The notes: generated by a model not told the origin, from the letters alone. A stretch of 64,000 nt of DNA from an uncultured delta proteobacterium (GCA_963803975.1 CAWDOY010000053.1:1-64000); one strand, 5' to 3'; positions 29,605-40,653 are shown, counted from the first letter of the stretch. Made by a program: numbers and translations.

Positions 29605-32265
29605 TTACTTATCCAGGGTGAACTTTACTTTGCCTTTGGCCCTGATCACCGCCTGTGCCGCGGCAAGGCGCGCGATGGGGACGCGGTAGGGAGAGCAGCT
29701 CACGTAGTTCATGCCCACGCGGTGGCAGAAGTCAATGGATCTGGGCTCACCGCCGTGCTCGCCGCAGATGCCCACCTTCAGGTTTTTCCGCGCGGAGCGG
29801 CCCTTCTTAATGCCCATTATGACGAGCTCTCCCACGCCTTCCTGGTCAAGCACCTGGAACGGGTCTTTTTCAAAGATGCCCTTTTCAATATATTCTTTCA
29901 GGAACCGTCCGGCATCATCGCGGCTGAAACCGCAGGTCATCTGCGTCAGGTCATTGGTGCCGAAGGAGAAGAACTCGGCATCTTCTGCGATCTTGTCCGC
30001 GATGAGCGCCGCGCGCGGCACTTCGATCATGGTTCCGACCATGTAGGGGATCTTTATTTTCTGTTCCTTGAACACTTTGGCAATGGTTTCTTCAATTACC
30101 TGCTTGCACAGTTTTATCTCCCCGGTCTCGCCCACCAGCGGCACCATGATTTCCGGGTGGATTTTAATTCCCTGGCGCTTGACGTTGATCGCTGCTTCCA
30201 TGATGGCCCGGGTCTGCATCTCGATTATTTCCGGATAGGTTATGCCGAGCCGGCATCCGCGATGGCCGAGCATGGGATTGAATTCGTGAAGCTCGGAGAC
30301 TTTCTCCTTCACCCGCTGCAGGGTAATGTTCAGGACGTCTGCCATTTCCATCTGCGATTCATCATCAGCAGGCAGGAACTCATGCAGGGGCGGGTCAATG
30401 AGGCGGATGGTAACCGGCCGGCCCTTCATCGCCCGGTACAGCCCCTCGAAATCCTTGCGCTGAATGGGCAGCAGCTCTTTGAGCGCTGCTTCCCTGCCGG
30501 CCTTGTTGTCGGCCAGAATCATTTTGCGCACCGATATGATGCGGTCGCCCTCAAAGAACATGTGCTCGGTGCGGCACAGCCCGATGCCTTCGGCACCAAA
30601 CTTGACTGCCATTTCTGCATCGCGGGGGATGTCAGCATTGGTTCTGACGCCGAGCGTGCGGATTTCATCAGCCCACTTCATAAGGGTTGCAAAGCTTCCC
30701 GAAAGCTCAGACTCAACGGTTTTAATTTTGCCTGCGTATACGGTGCCGCTTGAGCCGTTGAGGGAGATGTAGTCACCCTCTTTAATGACGGCGCTGCCGA
30801 CCGTGCACTTTTTCTCCCGGTAATCTATGGACAGTGCTCCTACTCCGGCAACGCAGCATTTTCCCATGCCCCGGGCCACCACCGCGGCATGAGAAGTCAT
30901 GCCGCCGCGGGCGGTCAGAACACCTTCCGCCACGTTCATGCCGCCGATGTCTTCAGGAGATGTCTCAATGCGGGTGAGAATCACCTTTTCACCGCGCTTA
31001 GCCCATGCTTCAGCATCTTCCGCGCTGAACACCACCCGTCCGGTTGCAGCGCCGGGGGAGGCGGGAAGGCCCCGGGCAAGGACGGTTGCCCCCTTTTCCG
31101 CCTGGGGATCAAAGTTAGGATGGAGCAGCTGGTTGAGCTGCTCCGGCTCAAGCCGCATGAGCGCTTCTTCCTTTGAGATGAGCCGCTCTTTTACCATATC
31201 GACCGCGACCTTTACGGCAGCGGCAGCAGTGCGCTTGCCGGAGCGGGTCTGCAGCATGTAGAGCGCTCCATCCTGGATGGTGAACTCCATGTCCTGCATG
31301 TCACGGTAATGCTTTTCAAGCTTGTTCTTCAATCCAACCAGCTTGCTGTAGGCTGTTTTGTTCTTTTTCGCGAGGGTTTCAATGGACTCGGGAGTTCTGA
31401 TTCCTGCGACCACGTCTTCACCCTGGGCGTTCATGAGATACTCGCCGTAAAATTTGTTCTCACCGGTGGAGGGGTTTCTGCTGAAGCACACGCCGGTACC
31501 GGAGGTCTCTCCCATGTTGCCGAACACCATTGCCTGGATATTTACCGCGGTGCCGAGCAGCCCCTTGATGTCGTTCAGCCTCCGGTAGGTGATGGCGCGA
31601 TCATTGTTCCAGGATTCAAAAACCGCATTAATTGATTTGACCAGCTGCTGCCAGGGATCGTCGGGGAAATTTTCGTTGGTATGTTTTTTATAGGCAGCCT
31701 TGTAGCGGGCTACGATGTCTTTCAGGTCTTCGGTTGAAAGGTCGGTATCAAGCTTGGCGTTGACCGCCTTCTTTTTCTCTTCCAGGATATGCTCAAAGGT
31801 CTCGTGCGGCACGCCCATCACCACGTCGCCAAACATCTGAATAAACCGGCGGTAGCCGTCCCAGGCAAAGCGCGCATTGCCGGTTTTGGCGGTGAGCCCG
31901 GCAATCACTGTTTCATTGAGCCCCAGGTTGAGGATGGTGTCCATCATGCCGGGCATGGAGGCAGCAGCCCCGGAGCGGACGGAAACGAGCAGGGGCTTTT
32001 TGGGGTTGCCGAACTGCGCATTCATCACATTTTCGAGCCGTTTCAGGTTGGAAAGAATCTGCTCCTTTAAACCCTGGGGCCATTTTTTATGGTTCTGATA
32101 GTAAAGCTGGCACGCTTTGGTGGTGATGGTAAATCCGGCCGGAACCGGCATGCCGAGATTGCTCATTTCGGCAAGATTTGCGCCCTTGCCGCCCAGAAGT
32201 TCTTTCATCGTTGCCTTGCCTTCGGTTTTTTTTCCTCCAAAAAAATAGACATGCTTTGGTGCCAT
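29605..32265 (-). CDS. ppdK: Pyruvate, phosphate dikinase
   Basis: LLGGKGANLAEM, GGMTSHAAVVARG, GIGLCRTEHMF, SFGTNDLTQ. Confidence 0.98.
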   Translation of the reverse strand: MAPKHVYFFGGKKTEGKATMKELLGGKGANLAEMSNLGMPVPAGFTITTKACQLYYQNHKKWPQGLKEQILSNLKRLENVMNAQFGNPKKPLLVSVRSGAAASMPGMMDTILNLGLNETVIAGLTAKTGNARFAWDGYRRFIQMFGDVVMGVPHETFEHILEEKKKAVNAKLDTDLSTEDLKDIVARYKAAYKKHTNENFPDDPWQQLVKSINAVFESWNNDRAITYRRLNDIKGLLGTAVNIQAMVFGNMGETSGTGVCFSRNPSTGENKFYGEYLMNAQGEDVVAGIRTPESIETLAKKNKTAYSKLVGLKNKLEKHYRDMQDMEFTIQDGALYMLQTRSGKRTAAAAVKVAVDMVKERLISKEEALMRLEPEQLNQLLHPNFDPQAEKGATVLARGLPASPGAATGRVVFSAEDAEAWAKRGEKVILTRIETSPEDIGGMNVAEGVLTARGGMTSHAAVVARGMGKCCVAGVGALSIDYREKKCTVGSAVIKEGDYISLNGSSGTVYAGKIKTVESELSGSFATLMKWADEIRTLGVRTNADIPRDAEMAVKFGAEGIGLCRTEHMFFEGDRIISVRKMILADNKAGREAALKELLPIQRKDFEGLYRAMKGRPVTIRLIDPPLHEFLPADDESQMEMADVLNITLQRVKEKVSELHEFNPMLGHRGCRLGITYPEIIEMQTRAIMEAAINVKRQGIKIHPEIMVPLVGETGEIKLCKQVIEETIAKVFKEQKIKIPYMVGTMIEVPRAALIADKIAEDAEFFSFGTNDLTQMTCGFSRDDAGRFLKEYIEKGIFEKDPFQVLDQEGVGELVIMGIKKGRSARKNLKVGICGEHGGEPRSIDFCHRVGMNYVSCSPYRVPIARLAAAQAVIRAKGKVKFTLDK

Positions 32266-32483
32266 AGATTGTCCTCCTCCTTATAATTAAATTCTAAATT
32301 CTAATGTCGAAATCCCAAACAAAGAACAGATTTGAAACGCTATACGCTATGCTGCATACGCATAAGTTTAATGTTGAGATTCTTACCTATACACATCTGA
32401 GGATATTGCATCAGCTTATTTCACGATGCATCGATATTTTTGCAGGAGCGGCTGCAGTCGCAATAACCATCAGTGTTTCAACG

Positions 32484-34559
32484 TTATACTGAAGACAGTT
32501 TTGTAAAATCAGCAAAGTTCACAAACAGGGAACTGACCTCGTAAAGCAGCGCCAGCCGGTTAGTGCGTACCGCTTCCTGGTCAACCATCACCATTACTGT
32601 ATCAAAAAAGTTATCCACCTCGGTGCGAAGTGTTGCAATCAGTTTCAGTGCCGGCAGGTACTCCTTTTTATGCATAAGGGACTGCACCTGGCCGCACAGC
32701 GACAGATATTTCTGATGAAGGTCTCGTTCTGCCTGCTCCTCAAACAGCCCGGGGCTGACTACTCCCGAGCCCGCTCCGGCGAGAATGTTCACCACTCTTT
32801 TGAAGGCGATTGCCAGCGCCTCAAAATCAGGCACCTGTTTTACCTGCTGCAGGGCTTCGATACGCCTCTGCATATCCAGCACATCATCTATGCCGCATGA
32901 TACGACGGCATCGACCGCATCAGCAGGATACCCCTGAGACGTGAGCAGGTTGGAAAACCGCACGGAAAAGAAATTGAGGACATCGTTTGACACTTCAGCA
33001 ACCGGCCGGGTGAGTTTCTCTTTGAGCAGGGCAATTGCTTTGTGTATTGTCTCGGTGAGCGATATTTTGTACTGCCTGCCTGCTATGATGTTTATGATTC
33101 CCAGACACTGGCGCCGGAGCGCATAGGGGTCGGCAGTGCCGGTGGGGATCAGGCCGACGCCAAAACAGCCGACAATGGTGTCGAGCTTGTCGGCAATGCC
33201 AACAATGGCACCGATGTCTGAAACCGGTATGCTGTCTTCAGCAAACCGCGGGAGGTAGTGCTCAAAGATTGCTTCCGCAACTTCTGCGTCTTCACCGGCA
33301 ATGCGCGCGTATTCCCTGCCCATGATGCCCTGCAGTTCAGGAAACTCGCCCACCATTTCTGACACCAGGTCTGCCTTGCACAGATATGCCGCGCGCTCAA
33401 CCCTGGCCCTGATTGACTGACTAAAAAAACTGTCGGTTAAAAACAGCGCCAGCTCCTGGAAGCGTCTGACCTTCTCAAAGGAAGTACCCAGCTGTGCCTG
33501 GAAGATGACGCCCTGCAGGCGCTCAGTCATGGAGTCGAGCGATTTTTTCTGGTCCGCGGTGTAGAAGAAGCGTGCATCAGAGAGCCGGGCACGCAGTACC
33601 CGCTCATGCCCCCGGGCTGACACTGCCGGCTCCCTGGCCCGGGTGTTGTTGACTGCTATGAAGCAGGGCAGGGGGCTGCCCTGCGTATCGAGTATCGGGA
33701 AATATTTCTGGTGCTTTTTCATGGTGGTGATGAGGACTTCGCGGGGCAGCTGCAGAAATTCGTTTTCAAAGTGGCAGAGCACCGGAGAGCAGTTTTCTAT
33801 CAGGTTGGTAACTTCATCAATGAGCGCGCTGTCTTCATCCGGTACCCCGTTTACCGAGGCAGCGATGCCGCGTATTTCCCGGATAAGTGTATCGCGCCTG
33901 ACCTGCGGATCGACAAAGACAAAAGCCTGCGCGAGCTGAGCAGCGTAGGAAGCGGCATTGGTAATTCTCAACGGACCGGGTGCCATGAACCGGTGGCCGT
34001 ATGAGGTATCTCCGGAATCAATGTTTCCAAGCTGGAAGGGTACGATGGTATTACCAAACAGCGCAACAATCCAGTGGATGGGCCGGGCAAAGCGCACCTC
34101 AAGATCTCCCCAGCGCATTGATTTGCGGAAGGGAAGGGCGAGGATGATGTCAGGCAGGATCTGCGGGAGCAGCTTTATGGTCAGTTCGCTCTGCTCTTTT
34201 TTCTCAGCGCAGATATATTCGCCCTTGTCGGTCTTGACTGTTTTAATGTCCGCGATATCTATGCCCTGTCCTTTGGCAAAGCCGATGGCTGCTTTGGTGG
34301 GATTGCCGTCCTTATCAAAGGCGATAGATTTTGCCGGCCCCAGCTTAGTCGCGATCAGTTCTTCCTGTGCAACCGCAACGCCGCTTGCGATAAGCGCCAG
34401 GCGGCGGGGGGTCCCCATGGTGGTGATTTCTTTAAACGCAATGCGCTGATTCTGCAGTTCTTTCAAAGCCTTTTCCCTGAGCGCCTTGAGAGCGTCAGGC
34501 AGAAACGCGGCGGGTATCTCCTCGGTGCCGACTTCAAGTAGAAGGTCCTTCTCGTCCAT
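32484..34559 (-). CDS. glyS: Glycine--tRNA ligase beta subunit
   Basis: LLLEVGTEEIP, TPRRLA, EFPELQG, ADPYALRR. Confidence 0.97.
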   Translation of the reverse strand: MDEKDLLLEVGTEEIPAAFLPDALKALREKALKELQNQRIAFKEITTMGTPRRLALIASGVAVAQEELIATKLGPAKSIAFDKDGNPTKAAIGFAKGQGIDIADIKTVKTDKGEYICAEKKEQSELTIKLLPQILPDIILALPFRKSMRWGDLEVRFARPIHWIVALFGNTIVPFQLGNIDSGDTSYGHRFMAPGPLRITNAASYAAQLAQAFVFVDPQVRRDTLIREIRGIAASVNGVPDEDSALIDEVTNLIENCSPVLCHFENEFLQLPREVLITTMKKHQKYFPILDTQGSPLPCFIAVNNTRAREPAVSARGHERVLRARLSDARFFYTADQKKSLDSMTERLQGVIFQAQLGTSFEKVRRFQELALFLTDSFFSQSIRARVERAAYLCKADLVSEMVGEFPELQGIMGREYARIAGEDAEVAEAIFEHYLPRFAEDSIPVSDIGAIVGIADKLDTIVGCFGVGLIPTGTADPYALRRQCLGIINIIAGRQYKISLTETIHKAIALLKEKLTRPVAEVSNDVLNFFSVRFSNLLTSQGYPADAVDAVVSCGIDDVLDMQRRIEALQQVKQVPDFEALAIAFKRVVNILAGAGSGVVSPGLFEEQAERDLHQKYLSLCGQVQSLMHKKEYLPALKLIATLRTEVDNFFDTVMVMVDQEAVRTNRLALLYEVSSLFVNFADFTKLSSV

Positions 34560-34606
34560 CAAAAAATCCTTGAGTTTTGGAGTTGTAGCGTTGTGGAGTT
34601 CAGGAG

Positions 34607-35534
34607 TTAATAAATGAGAAATATTTTTATCCACTCCGCAACTCCTGAACTCATTAACTCATAACGCTTGTTTAACAGGGGAAAGCCCATGGTCTCCCGC
34701 TGCTGCAGGTATGCCTCGGCGACCGCTTTTGCCAGATTCCTTACCCGGCCGATATAGCCGGTCCGCTCAGTGATGCTGATCGCACCGCGCGCCTGCAGGA
34801 GGTTGAACGTGTGGGAGCATTTCAGGCAGTAATCATATGCCGGCAGGATCAACCCCTTGGCAATCACCCGGATTGATTCCCGCTCGTACATTTCAAACAG
34901 TTTAAAGAGCATGTCCGGATCTGACTCTTCGAAATTATATTTAGAGAATTCAACCTCGCCTCGGTGGTGAACGTCACCGTATTTGATGCCCCTGGTCCAC
35001 TCCAGGTCATATACATTGTCAATCCCCTGCAGGTACATGGCAATGCGCTCGATGCCGTAGGTGATTTCAACTGCCACCGGCTTTAAATCTATGCCCCCTG
35101 CCTGCTGAAAATAGGTGAACTGGGTTATCTCCATGCCGTCAAGCCACACTTCCCAGCCCAGTCCCCAGGCGCCCAGCGTGGGCGATTCCCAGTCATCTTC
35201 CACAAACCTGATGTCGTGCTCAAGCGGATCAATGCCAAAGCTTTTGAGGCTTGCAAGATACAAGTCCTGAATGTCCATGGGGCGACGGCTTCATGATCAC
35301 CTGGTACTGGTAATAGTGCTGGAGGCGGTTGGGATTCTCTCCGTAACGGCCGTCAGTAGGGCGCCGCGACGGCTCAACATAGGCAACATTCCACGGCTCA
35401 GGGCCAAGCACGCGCAGAAACGTTGCGGGGTTGAAGGTGCCTGCTCCCACCTCAATATCGTAGGGCTGCTGGATTATGCAGCCCCGGTCCGCCCAGAATT
35501 TCTGCAGGGATAAAATCAAGTTCTGAAAAGTCAA
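34607..35534 (-). CDS. glyQ: Glycine--tRNA ligase alpha subunit (frameshift at about 35280)
   Basis: [40 protein letters not shown]. Confidence 0.97.
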
Positions 35535-35615
35535 TGTTCGTTCTCCTGCTATAGTTTCAGGTTTAAAGTTTAAGGTTCAAAGTTATAAAATCATTTAAAC
35601 TTAAAACATGAAACT

Positions 35616-36374
35616 TTAAACTTTCATCAATTGTTCTATGAACTCCAGCGACTTTGGCCTTTTGCCTATGTGGTACTCAAGGAATTGCAGCATAATCAGC
35701 TTGCCCTCGCCATGGGCGGAGGCTGAAAAATGTATCCTGTTCAGCTTTTCCAGGCTAAGCTGCTGTGCCTGCTGAAAGATTTTTATCGTACCGTGTGACA
35801 GGCACGGGTATGCAGTGCTCTCCTTATGGCAGACAGAGCAGAGGATGCCCCCCTTGTTGACAGAAAACCGGTACGCTACCTCCGGCACATATTTCCGGCC
35901 GCAGCTCACGCACTGCAAAAGCTGCGGCTGATAGCCCAGAAGCGCTGTGAGGCGCATCTCAAATATTCGCAGGATGTCTTCCCGCGGGGGCTTTGAGCTG
36001 AGCAGATTGAGAAAGAAGAGGAGCAGGTCGAAAATCTCGGGATGTTTTTCCCGCTCCGGTGTCAGCGTATTCACCAGCTCAAGCAGATAGTGCCCGTAGG
36101 CAATTTTTTTTATGTCCTGGCTGATGGCGGGAAAGGTATTGATAATGCGGCAGTTCTCGAGCCGTGCCAGCCCGTGCCCTTCCCGCTCAAAGCAATCTAC
36201 TTCATTGTGCGTGAACGGTTCAAGCGCCCCGCCAAACCGCTTCTGACTACGCTTTGCTCCCTTGGCAATTCCCCTTAGCCTCCCGTGGTCTCGGGTATAA
36301 AATGAAACTATCCTGTCGAATTCAGCATAGTCCGTTACCTTAAGGATAACGGCAGCGGATTTAAAAGAAGGCAT
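35616..36374 (-). CDS. recO: DNA repair protein RecO
   Basis: AVILK..DYAEFDRIV.FYT..HGRLRGIAKGAKRS.KRF; Zn CVSC/CSVC; canonical recO-glyQ-glyS order. Confidence 0.93.
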   Translation of the reverse strand: MPSFKSAAVILKVTDYAEFDRIVSFYTRDHGRLRGIAKGAKRSQKRFGGALEPFTHNEVDCFEREGHGLARLENCRIINTFPAISQDIKKIAYGHYLLELVNTLTPEREKHPEIFDLLLFFLNLLSSKPPREDILRIFEMRLTALLGYQPQLLQCVSCGRKYVPEVAYRFSVNKGGILCSVCHKESTAYPCLSHGTIKIFQQAQQLSLEKLNRIHFSASAHGEGKLIMLQFLEYHIGKRPKSLEFIEQLMKV

Positions 36375-36709
36375 AGCACCTTGATTACAATAAATCCCTC
36401 TTGGCAACAGGGGGATTAAGGTCAATTTTTCAGGCTGTTAAAGTTTTTTAACCTACCACAATTACTTCTTTATATCAATTATAACTTGGATGAGCTGCAA
36501 AAGATTGATTATAGACAGGGTAGTTTTCATAAGAAGGCTTTGTCCTTATAAGGCAAGAGTTTATTTTAACAACAAATTATAGCTGGTTAATGAAGCATAT
36601 CTGCCAAAATATATTATAAATAAAAAAATTATAAGCTGATTAATAATTATATGTTTAAAGTTTTTTATGTTTATTGCGATACTTATAACTAAATAACATA
36701 ACCACGCCC

Positions 36710-36798
36710 AATTACTGAAAAAGGCAAACTATACCGCAAGGATAGGACGCAAAGCCTCCGGTTCTTAATAAAGGATAGCGGGGCTGCCAGAAATAATT
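36710..36798 (+). ncRNA. c-di-GMP-I (GEMM-I) riboswitch
   Basis: AAAGGCAAAC-P2(GCAA loop)-GGACGCAAAGCCTCCGGT-P3-GATAGCGGGGCTGCC matches the GEMM-I consensus. Confidence 0.9.
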
Positions 36799-36846
36799 AC
36801 TGGTTCATGGAGAGTCTATCCTTTCTGGTATCGGGACGGACTCTTT

Positions 36847-37335
36847 ATGATAAAAAAAACCTTCTTTTTCCTCTTTGTGTTTTGTTTCTTCCTGGAAATT
36901 GTCTACCCATCTGTCTCCTGCAGTCAGAGACCTGAAAAATTCATCATCCTGAATCTTCACTGGGATAGTGAAACCATACGCCTGAATACCATTCATGTTG
37001 CTCAGGGAATGCTAAAAAATAATAGACGGTTAGCTGGAGGAGAGCCGTTTATTTACCGCGTTCTCTCGCCCCGTAGCGAGGTAATAGAAGAGGGCTATCT
37101 TACCGTACCTCGGCTTATCCACTTTGACTATGTTGATAGTAAAAATGGGCAGTTGCGGGGCGGGATTCTCCCCCGGCGGGAAGCAGATTTTGTCGTAAAA
37201 ATTCCCGCGCATGAGAATTCCCAACGGATACTCTTTTATAAATCACAAGCCGCCAGCGATAAAAGCATCCAACCCACAACCAGTAATGCCGAAAAGAAGT
37301 TAGGGGATATGATCGGAGAGATTGAATTACAATAG
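36847..37335 (+). CDS. Hypothetical secreted protein, first gene under the riboswitch
   Basis: Signal-peptide-like N-terminus; immediately precedes the M64 peptidase gene. Confidence 0.65.
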   Translation: MIKKTFFFLFVFCFFLEIVYPSVSCSQRPEKFIILNLHWDSETIRLNTIHVAQGMLKNNRRLAGGEPFIYRVLSPRSEVIEEGYLTVPRLIHFDYVDSKNGQLRGGILPRREADFVVKIPAHENSQRILFYKSQAASDKSIQPTTSNAEKKLGDMIGEIELQ

Positions 37336-37342
37336 CTTATAT

Positions 37343-38983
37343 ATGAAACGCATTATACCCATTGTTATTTTAGTTTTGACATTACAGACTGTTTTATGCC
37401 TTCCCTGTTCTGCGCAGGATACCATAAAAAAAATTATTGATAATGGTGATGACACTTCACGATTTGTCTTTGTTGTTCTCGCAGAAGGTTATACCGCGGC
37501 AGAAATGCAAAAATATGACGATGATTGCCATACCATTATCAGTTATTTCTTTTCCAGCCTGCCGTGGCATGACTATCAATCTTTTGTGAATGTCTATTCG
37601 ATATTTTCTTTTTCAAATCAGTCAGGCGCAGATATTCCCTCTGAAGATGTCTATGTTGACACCGCTTTTGACGCTACTTTTGACAGCTTCGGCATAAACA
37701 ACCTGCTGACGGTGAACGATGCAAAGGCCTTTGAGACGGCTGCGCAGGTGCCGACATTTGACGCTGTTTTTGTTCTCGTCAATGATGCCCGCTATGGCGG
37801 CAGTGGCGGTTCAACCATTGTGCTCTCCACGCATACTGCTGCCGGTGAGATTGCACTCCACGAGGCAGGCCATTTTATTGGACACCTTGCCGATGAATAT
37901 GAGACACCGTACGCCGCGTATCCTTCCGGAGCAGAAGAGCCGAATATTACCTTTCAGAATGATCCGGAAACAATTAAATGGAAGGATTGGATTGATGAGG
38001 ATGTCCCGCTGCCGACTCCCGAAACTGTTTCTGATAGAATCGGTTTGTTTGAAGGGGCGCGTTACAGCGCAACAGGCGTCTATCGTCCAAAACATAATTG
38101 TAAAATGCGGAATCTTTCTGTTCCCTATTGTGAAATCTGTGCCGAGGCTCTTATACGAAGTATCTACACCGTTGTGAACCCTATCGATAAATTTGGCCCG
38201 GCAGAGGATGAAGTTACCATAACTGACAAAGCAGCTACCCTGTGGATCGAACCGGTGCAGGTTACCGGCACTGAATATGAAATTATCTGGGAGCTGGATG
38301 GAAAGACAGTGAATAATTCACGGACGAGTTATGATGTGCAGCCCTATATGCTTGGCGATGGTAAGCATACCGTTCGCGTTTGGCTGCGAGATACTACCAG
38401 CATGGTGAGAACAGATGCCGCCGGGCTTTTAACTTCACAGCACACCTGGATTGTGCGGAAAAATCCATGTGCGGGAAGAATATCCGGAACCATTATTGAT
38501 ATAGAAACAGGGGCCGGTATAGCTGATGCGACAAGTATGATTGTACCGACATCCCAGACTGCCATTACAGACGCTGCAGGAGGCTTCAGTGTTGAAGGGC
38601 TGGCATGCGGGAGTTATTCTATTCTCATTAATGCGCCCGGGTTTGAAGAGTCTGAACAAGTCTTTCGCATTACTGACCAGCATGAAACAGTTATTGCTGT
38701 TTCTTTGAACAAACAGGGCCATCGCTGTTCTATCAGAGGGTCCGTTACCGGAACAATGGTAGAAGGCGTTACCTTAAAACTGTATGGGCAATTTTCATCG
38801 ACAATACAAACTTCAACAGAAGGGCATTTTATATTCAAATCACTCCCGGCGGGTCTCTATCTTATCATCCCGGAATCTCCCGGATGCCGGTTTTTTCCTG
38901 CATTTCAAATAGCTAATATTCAGGAAACAAAGCTTCAGGAAATAAATTTCGTTTGTTACAAAAACTTCTTTTCTCCCTATTAA
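37343..38983 (+). CDS. M64 family (IgA-peptidase-like) metallopeptidase with carboxypeptidase-regulatory-like domains
   Basis: LAEGYT, YGGSG, HEAGHFIGHLADEY, GVYRP..NCKMR, CEICAE. Confidence 0.88.
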   Translation: MKRIIPIVILVLTLQTVLCLPCSAQDTIKKIIDNGDDTSRFVFVVLAEGYTAAEMQKYDDDCHTIISYFFSSLPWHDYQSFVNVYSIFSFSNQSGADIPSEDVYVDTAFDATFDSFGINNLLTVNDAKAFETAAQVPTFDAVFVLVNDARYGGSGGSTIVLSTHTAAGEIALHEAGHFIGHLADEYETPYAAYPSGAEEPNITFQNDPETIKWKDWIDEDVPLPTPETVSDRIGLFEGARYSATGVYRPKHNCKMRNLSVPYCEICAEALIRSIYTVVNPIDKFGPAEDEVTITDKAATLWIEPVQVTGTEYEIIWELDGKTVNNSRTSYDVQPYMLGDGKHTVRVWLRDTTSMVRTDAAGLLTSQHTWIVRKNPCAGRISGTIIDIETGAGIADATSMIVPTSQTAITDAAGGFSVEGLACGSYSILINAPGFEESEQVFRITDQHETVIAVSLNKQGHRCSIRGSVTGTMVEGVTLKLYGQFSSTIQTSTEGHFIFKSLPAGLYLIIPESPGCRFFPAFQIANIQETKLQEINFVCYKNFFSPY

Positions 38984-39292
38984 AGCTGCAACCGTTTATG
39001 CCTTATCTTGTGTATGGATATTCGCAAAGGGCATTATGGAAAAAACGGAGCAGCTTTCCCATCTAAATCACCTCAGCGCAATTCTGGATCATATCAGCTA
39101 ATTTTAACACAGGAACCAATAAATATACTGACCGCGGTCAAAAAACTTGACATGATAAATAGTTCTATGATTAGCTGTCAGGTAATTATAGTTATTACGC
39201 GTAAGAGCGGCGATGTTTCTTGCGGCCTAAAAGGCACGCATAAGGCCAATGGCGAGAACGAAATATTATCAATCCGATTAAAGGAGGGCATC

Positions 39293-40630
39293 ATGAGACA
39301 GCGAGAACTTACGGCAGTAGTACTTGTTTTAATGGCAGTCCTGTTAGCTGCATGTTCTGAAGACAACATGCAATTTCTAAGCTCTAAAATAGAGATAGCG
39401 GCCAACCCTAAACTTGCAGAGTGGATACCGCGGCTTGCGTATAATTCAGTGGATGATGAGTTTCTGGTTGTCTGGACAGAGCAGGGCGGGCGGGTGCAGG
39501 GCGGGAGTTCGAAGTACGGCATTTTTGCCCAGCGGTTTTCCTCAAGCGGAGCGAAGATAGGCGCAAGCTTCAGCCCGGCAGGCCCTCCGGTAAACAATAT
39601 TATCCTGTTACCGACCCCTGAATATAATATGTTCACCAATCAGTATTTCATGGCCTACACCATGTCCGGGGTGGGGTTTGATCAATATGGGGCACTATTC
39701 AGCAATGCCGGGGATATCATAAAGCAGCCGTTCGCGATTTCAGAAAGACCTAAAAGCCAGATGCACTCCCGGGTCGCCTTTAATACCTTAAAGCGCCAGT
39801 TTTTTGTTGTGTATAACAGCAGCGAAAGCGGCAGCCCTGACGTCAAGGGGGTGATTCTGGATGAAAACGGCACGCCGGTTACCGATGAGTTGATGATCAA
39901 TGATGTCAAGGGCGACCAGTATAATCCCTACATAGCCTATAACCCGAAAGATGATACCTATCTTATCAACTGGGAAGATTTCCGGAACGTCCCAACCTGG
40001 GAGCAGAACGGGGAGATTTACGGGGCGCTGCTTGACGGCGACGGCAATGTGCTGGTCAATGACATTGCCATGATTGATGATTTCGGCACCCCCGATGAAG
40101 GCGATCAGCGCCTCAATGAAATCTCATACAATCCGGACCGGAATGAGTTTCTGGCTACCTGGAGCGATACTGCTCCCTCATTGAATAACGTCGGCGTGCG
40201 GGGAGTATTCATCACAGCGGACGGAAAACTTGCCGGGCCGATTTTTACCGTAGCAGATACTGTTGGCCCGCAGGTGTTTCAGCACACCATCTATGCCCCG
40301 GCCAGGAAGAAATATTTTATCCTGTGGGAAGACGGCAGAAATCAGGAAGACCTGACTTCCGGCTGGAAAAACATGACGGACCTTGATATCTATGGCAAAT
40401 GGATGAGCGCGGACGGCACGACCTTCAGCGATGAAGTTGTTTTCTGCAAAGAGCCGGGTATACAGCGCTATTCATCCCTCAGCTACTCTGAAAAAAGCGA
40501 CCGGATGCTGGTTGCCTGGCAGGATGTTGTTGATGAAGACCTGACCCTGGGTGAGACGGACGATCAATCAGGGCAGCATGTAAAAGAAAAGGGCGGTAAT
40601 GTGTATGCCATAGTCTACGGCACCCCCTGA
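39293..40630 (+). CDS. Lipoprotein with repeated P-x-(I/L/V)-A-(Y/F)N..(F/Y)LV.W units (probable beta-propeller)
   Basis: AAGGAGG RBS, lipobox LAAC; about 6 repeats such as PRLAYNSVDDEFLVVW and PYIAYNPKDDTYLINW. Confidence 0.75.
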   Translation: MRQRELTAVVLVLMAVLLAACSEDNMQFLSSKIEIAANPKLAEWIPRLAYNSVDDEFLVVWTEQGGRVQGGSSKYGIFAQRFSSSGAKIGASFSPAGPPVNNIILLPTPEYNMFTNQYFMAYTMSGVGFDQYGALFSNAGDIIKQPFAISERPKSQMHSRVAFNTLKRQFFVVYNSSESGSPDVKGVILDENGTPVTDELMINDVKGDQYNPYIAYNPKDDTYLINWEDFRNVPTWEQNGEIYGALLDGDGNVLVNDIAMIDDFGTPDEGDQRLNEISYNPDRNEFLATWSDTAPSLNNVGVRGVFITADGKLAGPIFTVADTVGPQVFQHTIYAPARKKYFILWEDGRNQEDLTSGWKNMTDLDIYGKWMSADGTTFSDEVVFCKEPGIQRYSSLSYSEKSDRMLVAWQDVVDEDLTLGETDDQSGQHVKEKGGNVYAIVYGTP

Positions 40631-40653
40631 AAATAGAAGTACAGTGTTGCTGT

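Noticed and set aside
36710..36798. cGAMP-sensing GEMM-Ib riboswitch linked to the cytochromes
   Set aside because: The discriminator nucleotide appears to be G, and the element precedes a peptidase operon, not the cytochrome cluster
39190..39270. Structured RNA upstream of the lipoprotein at 39293
   Set aside because: Only short GGCC stems and no recognisable motif; cannot be supported by eye
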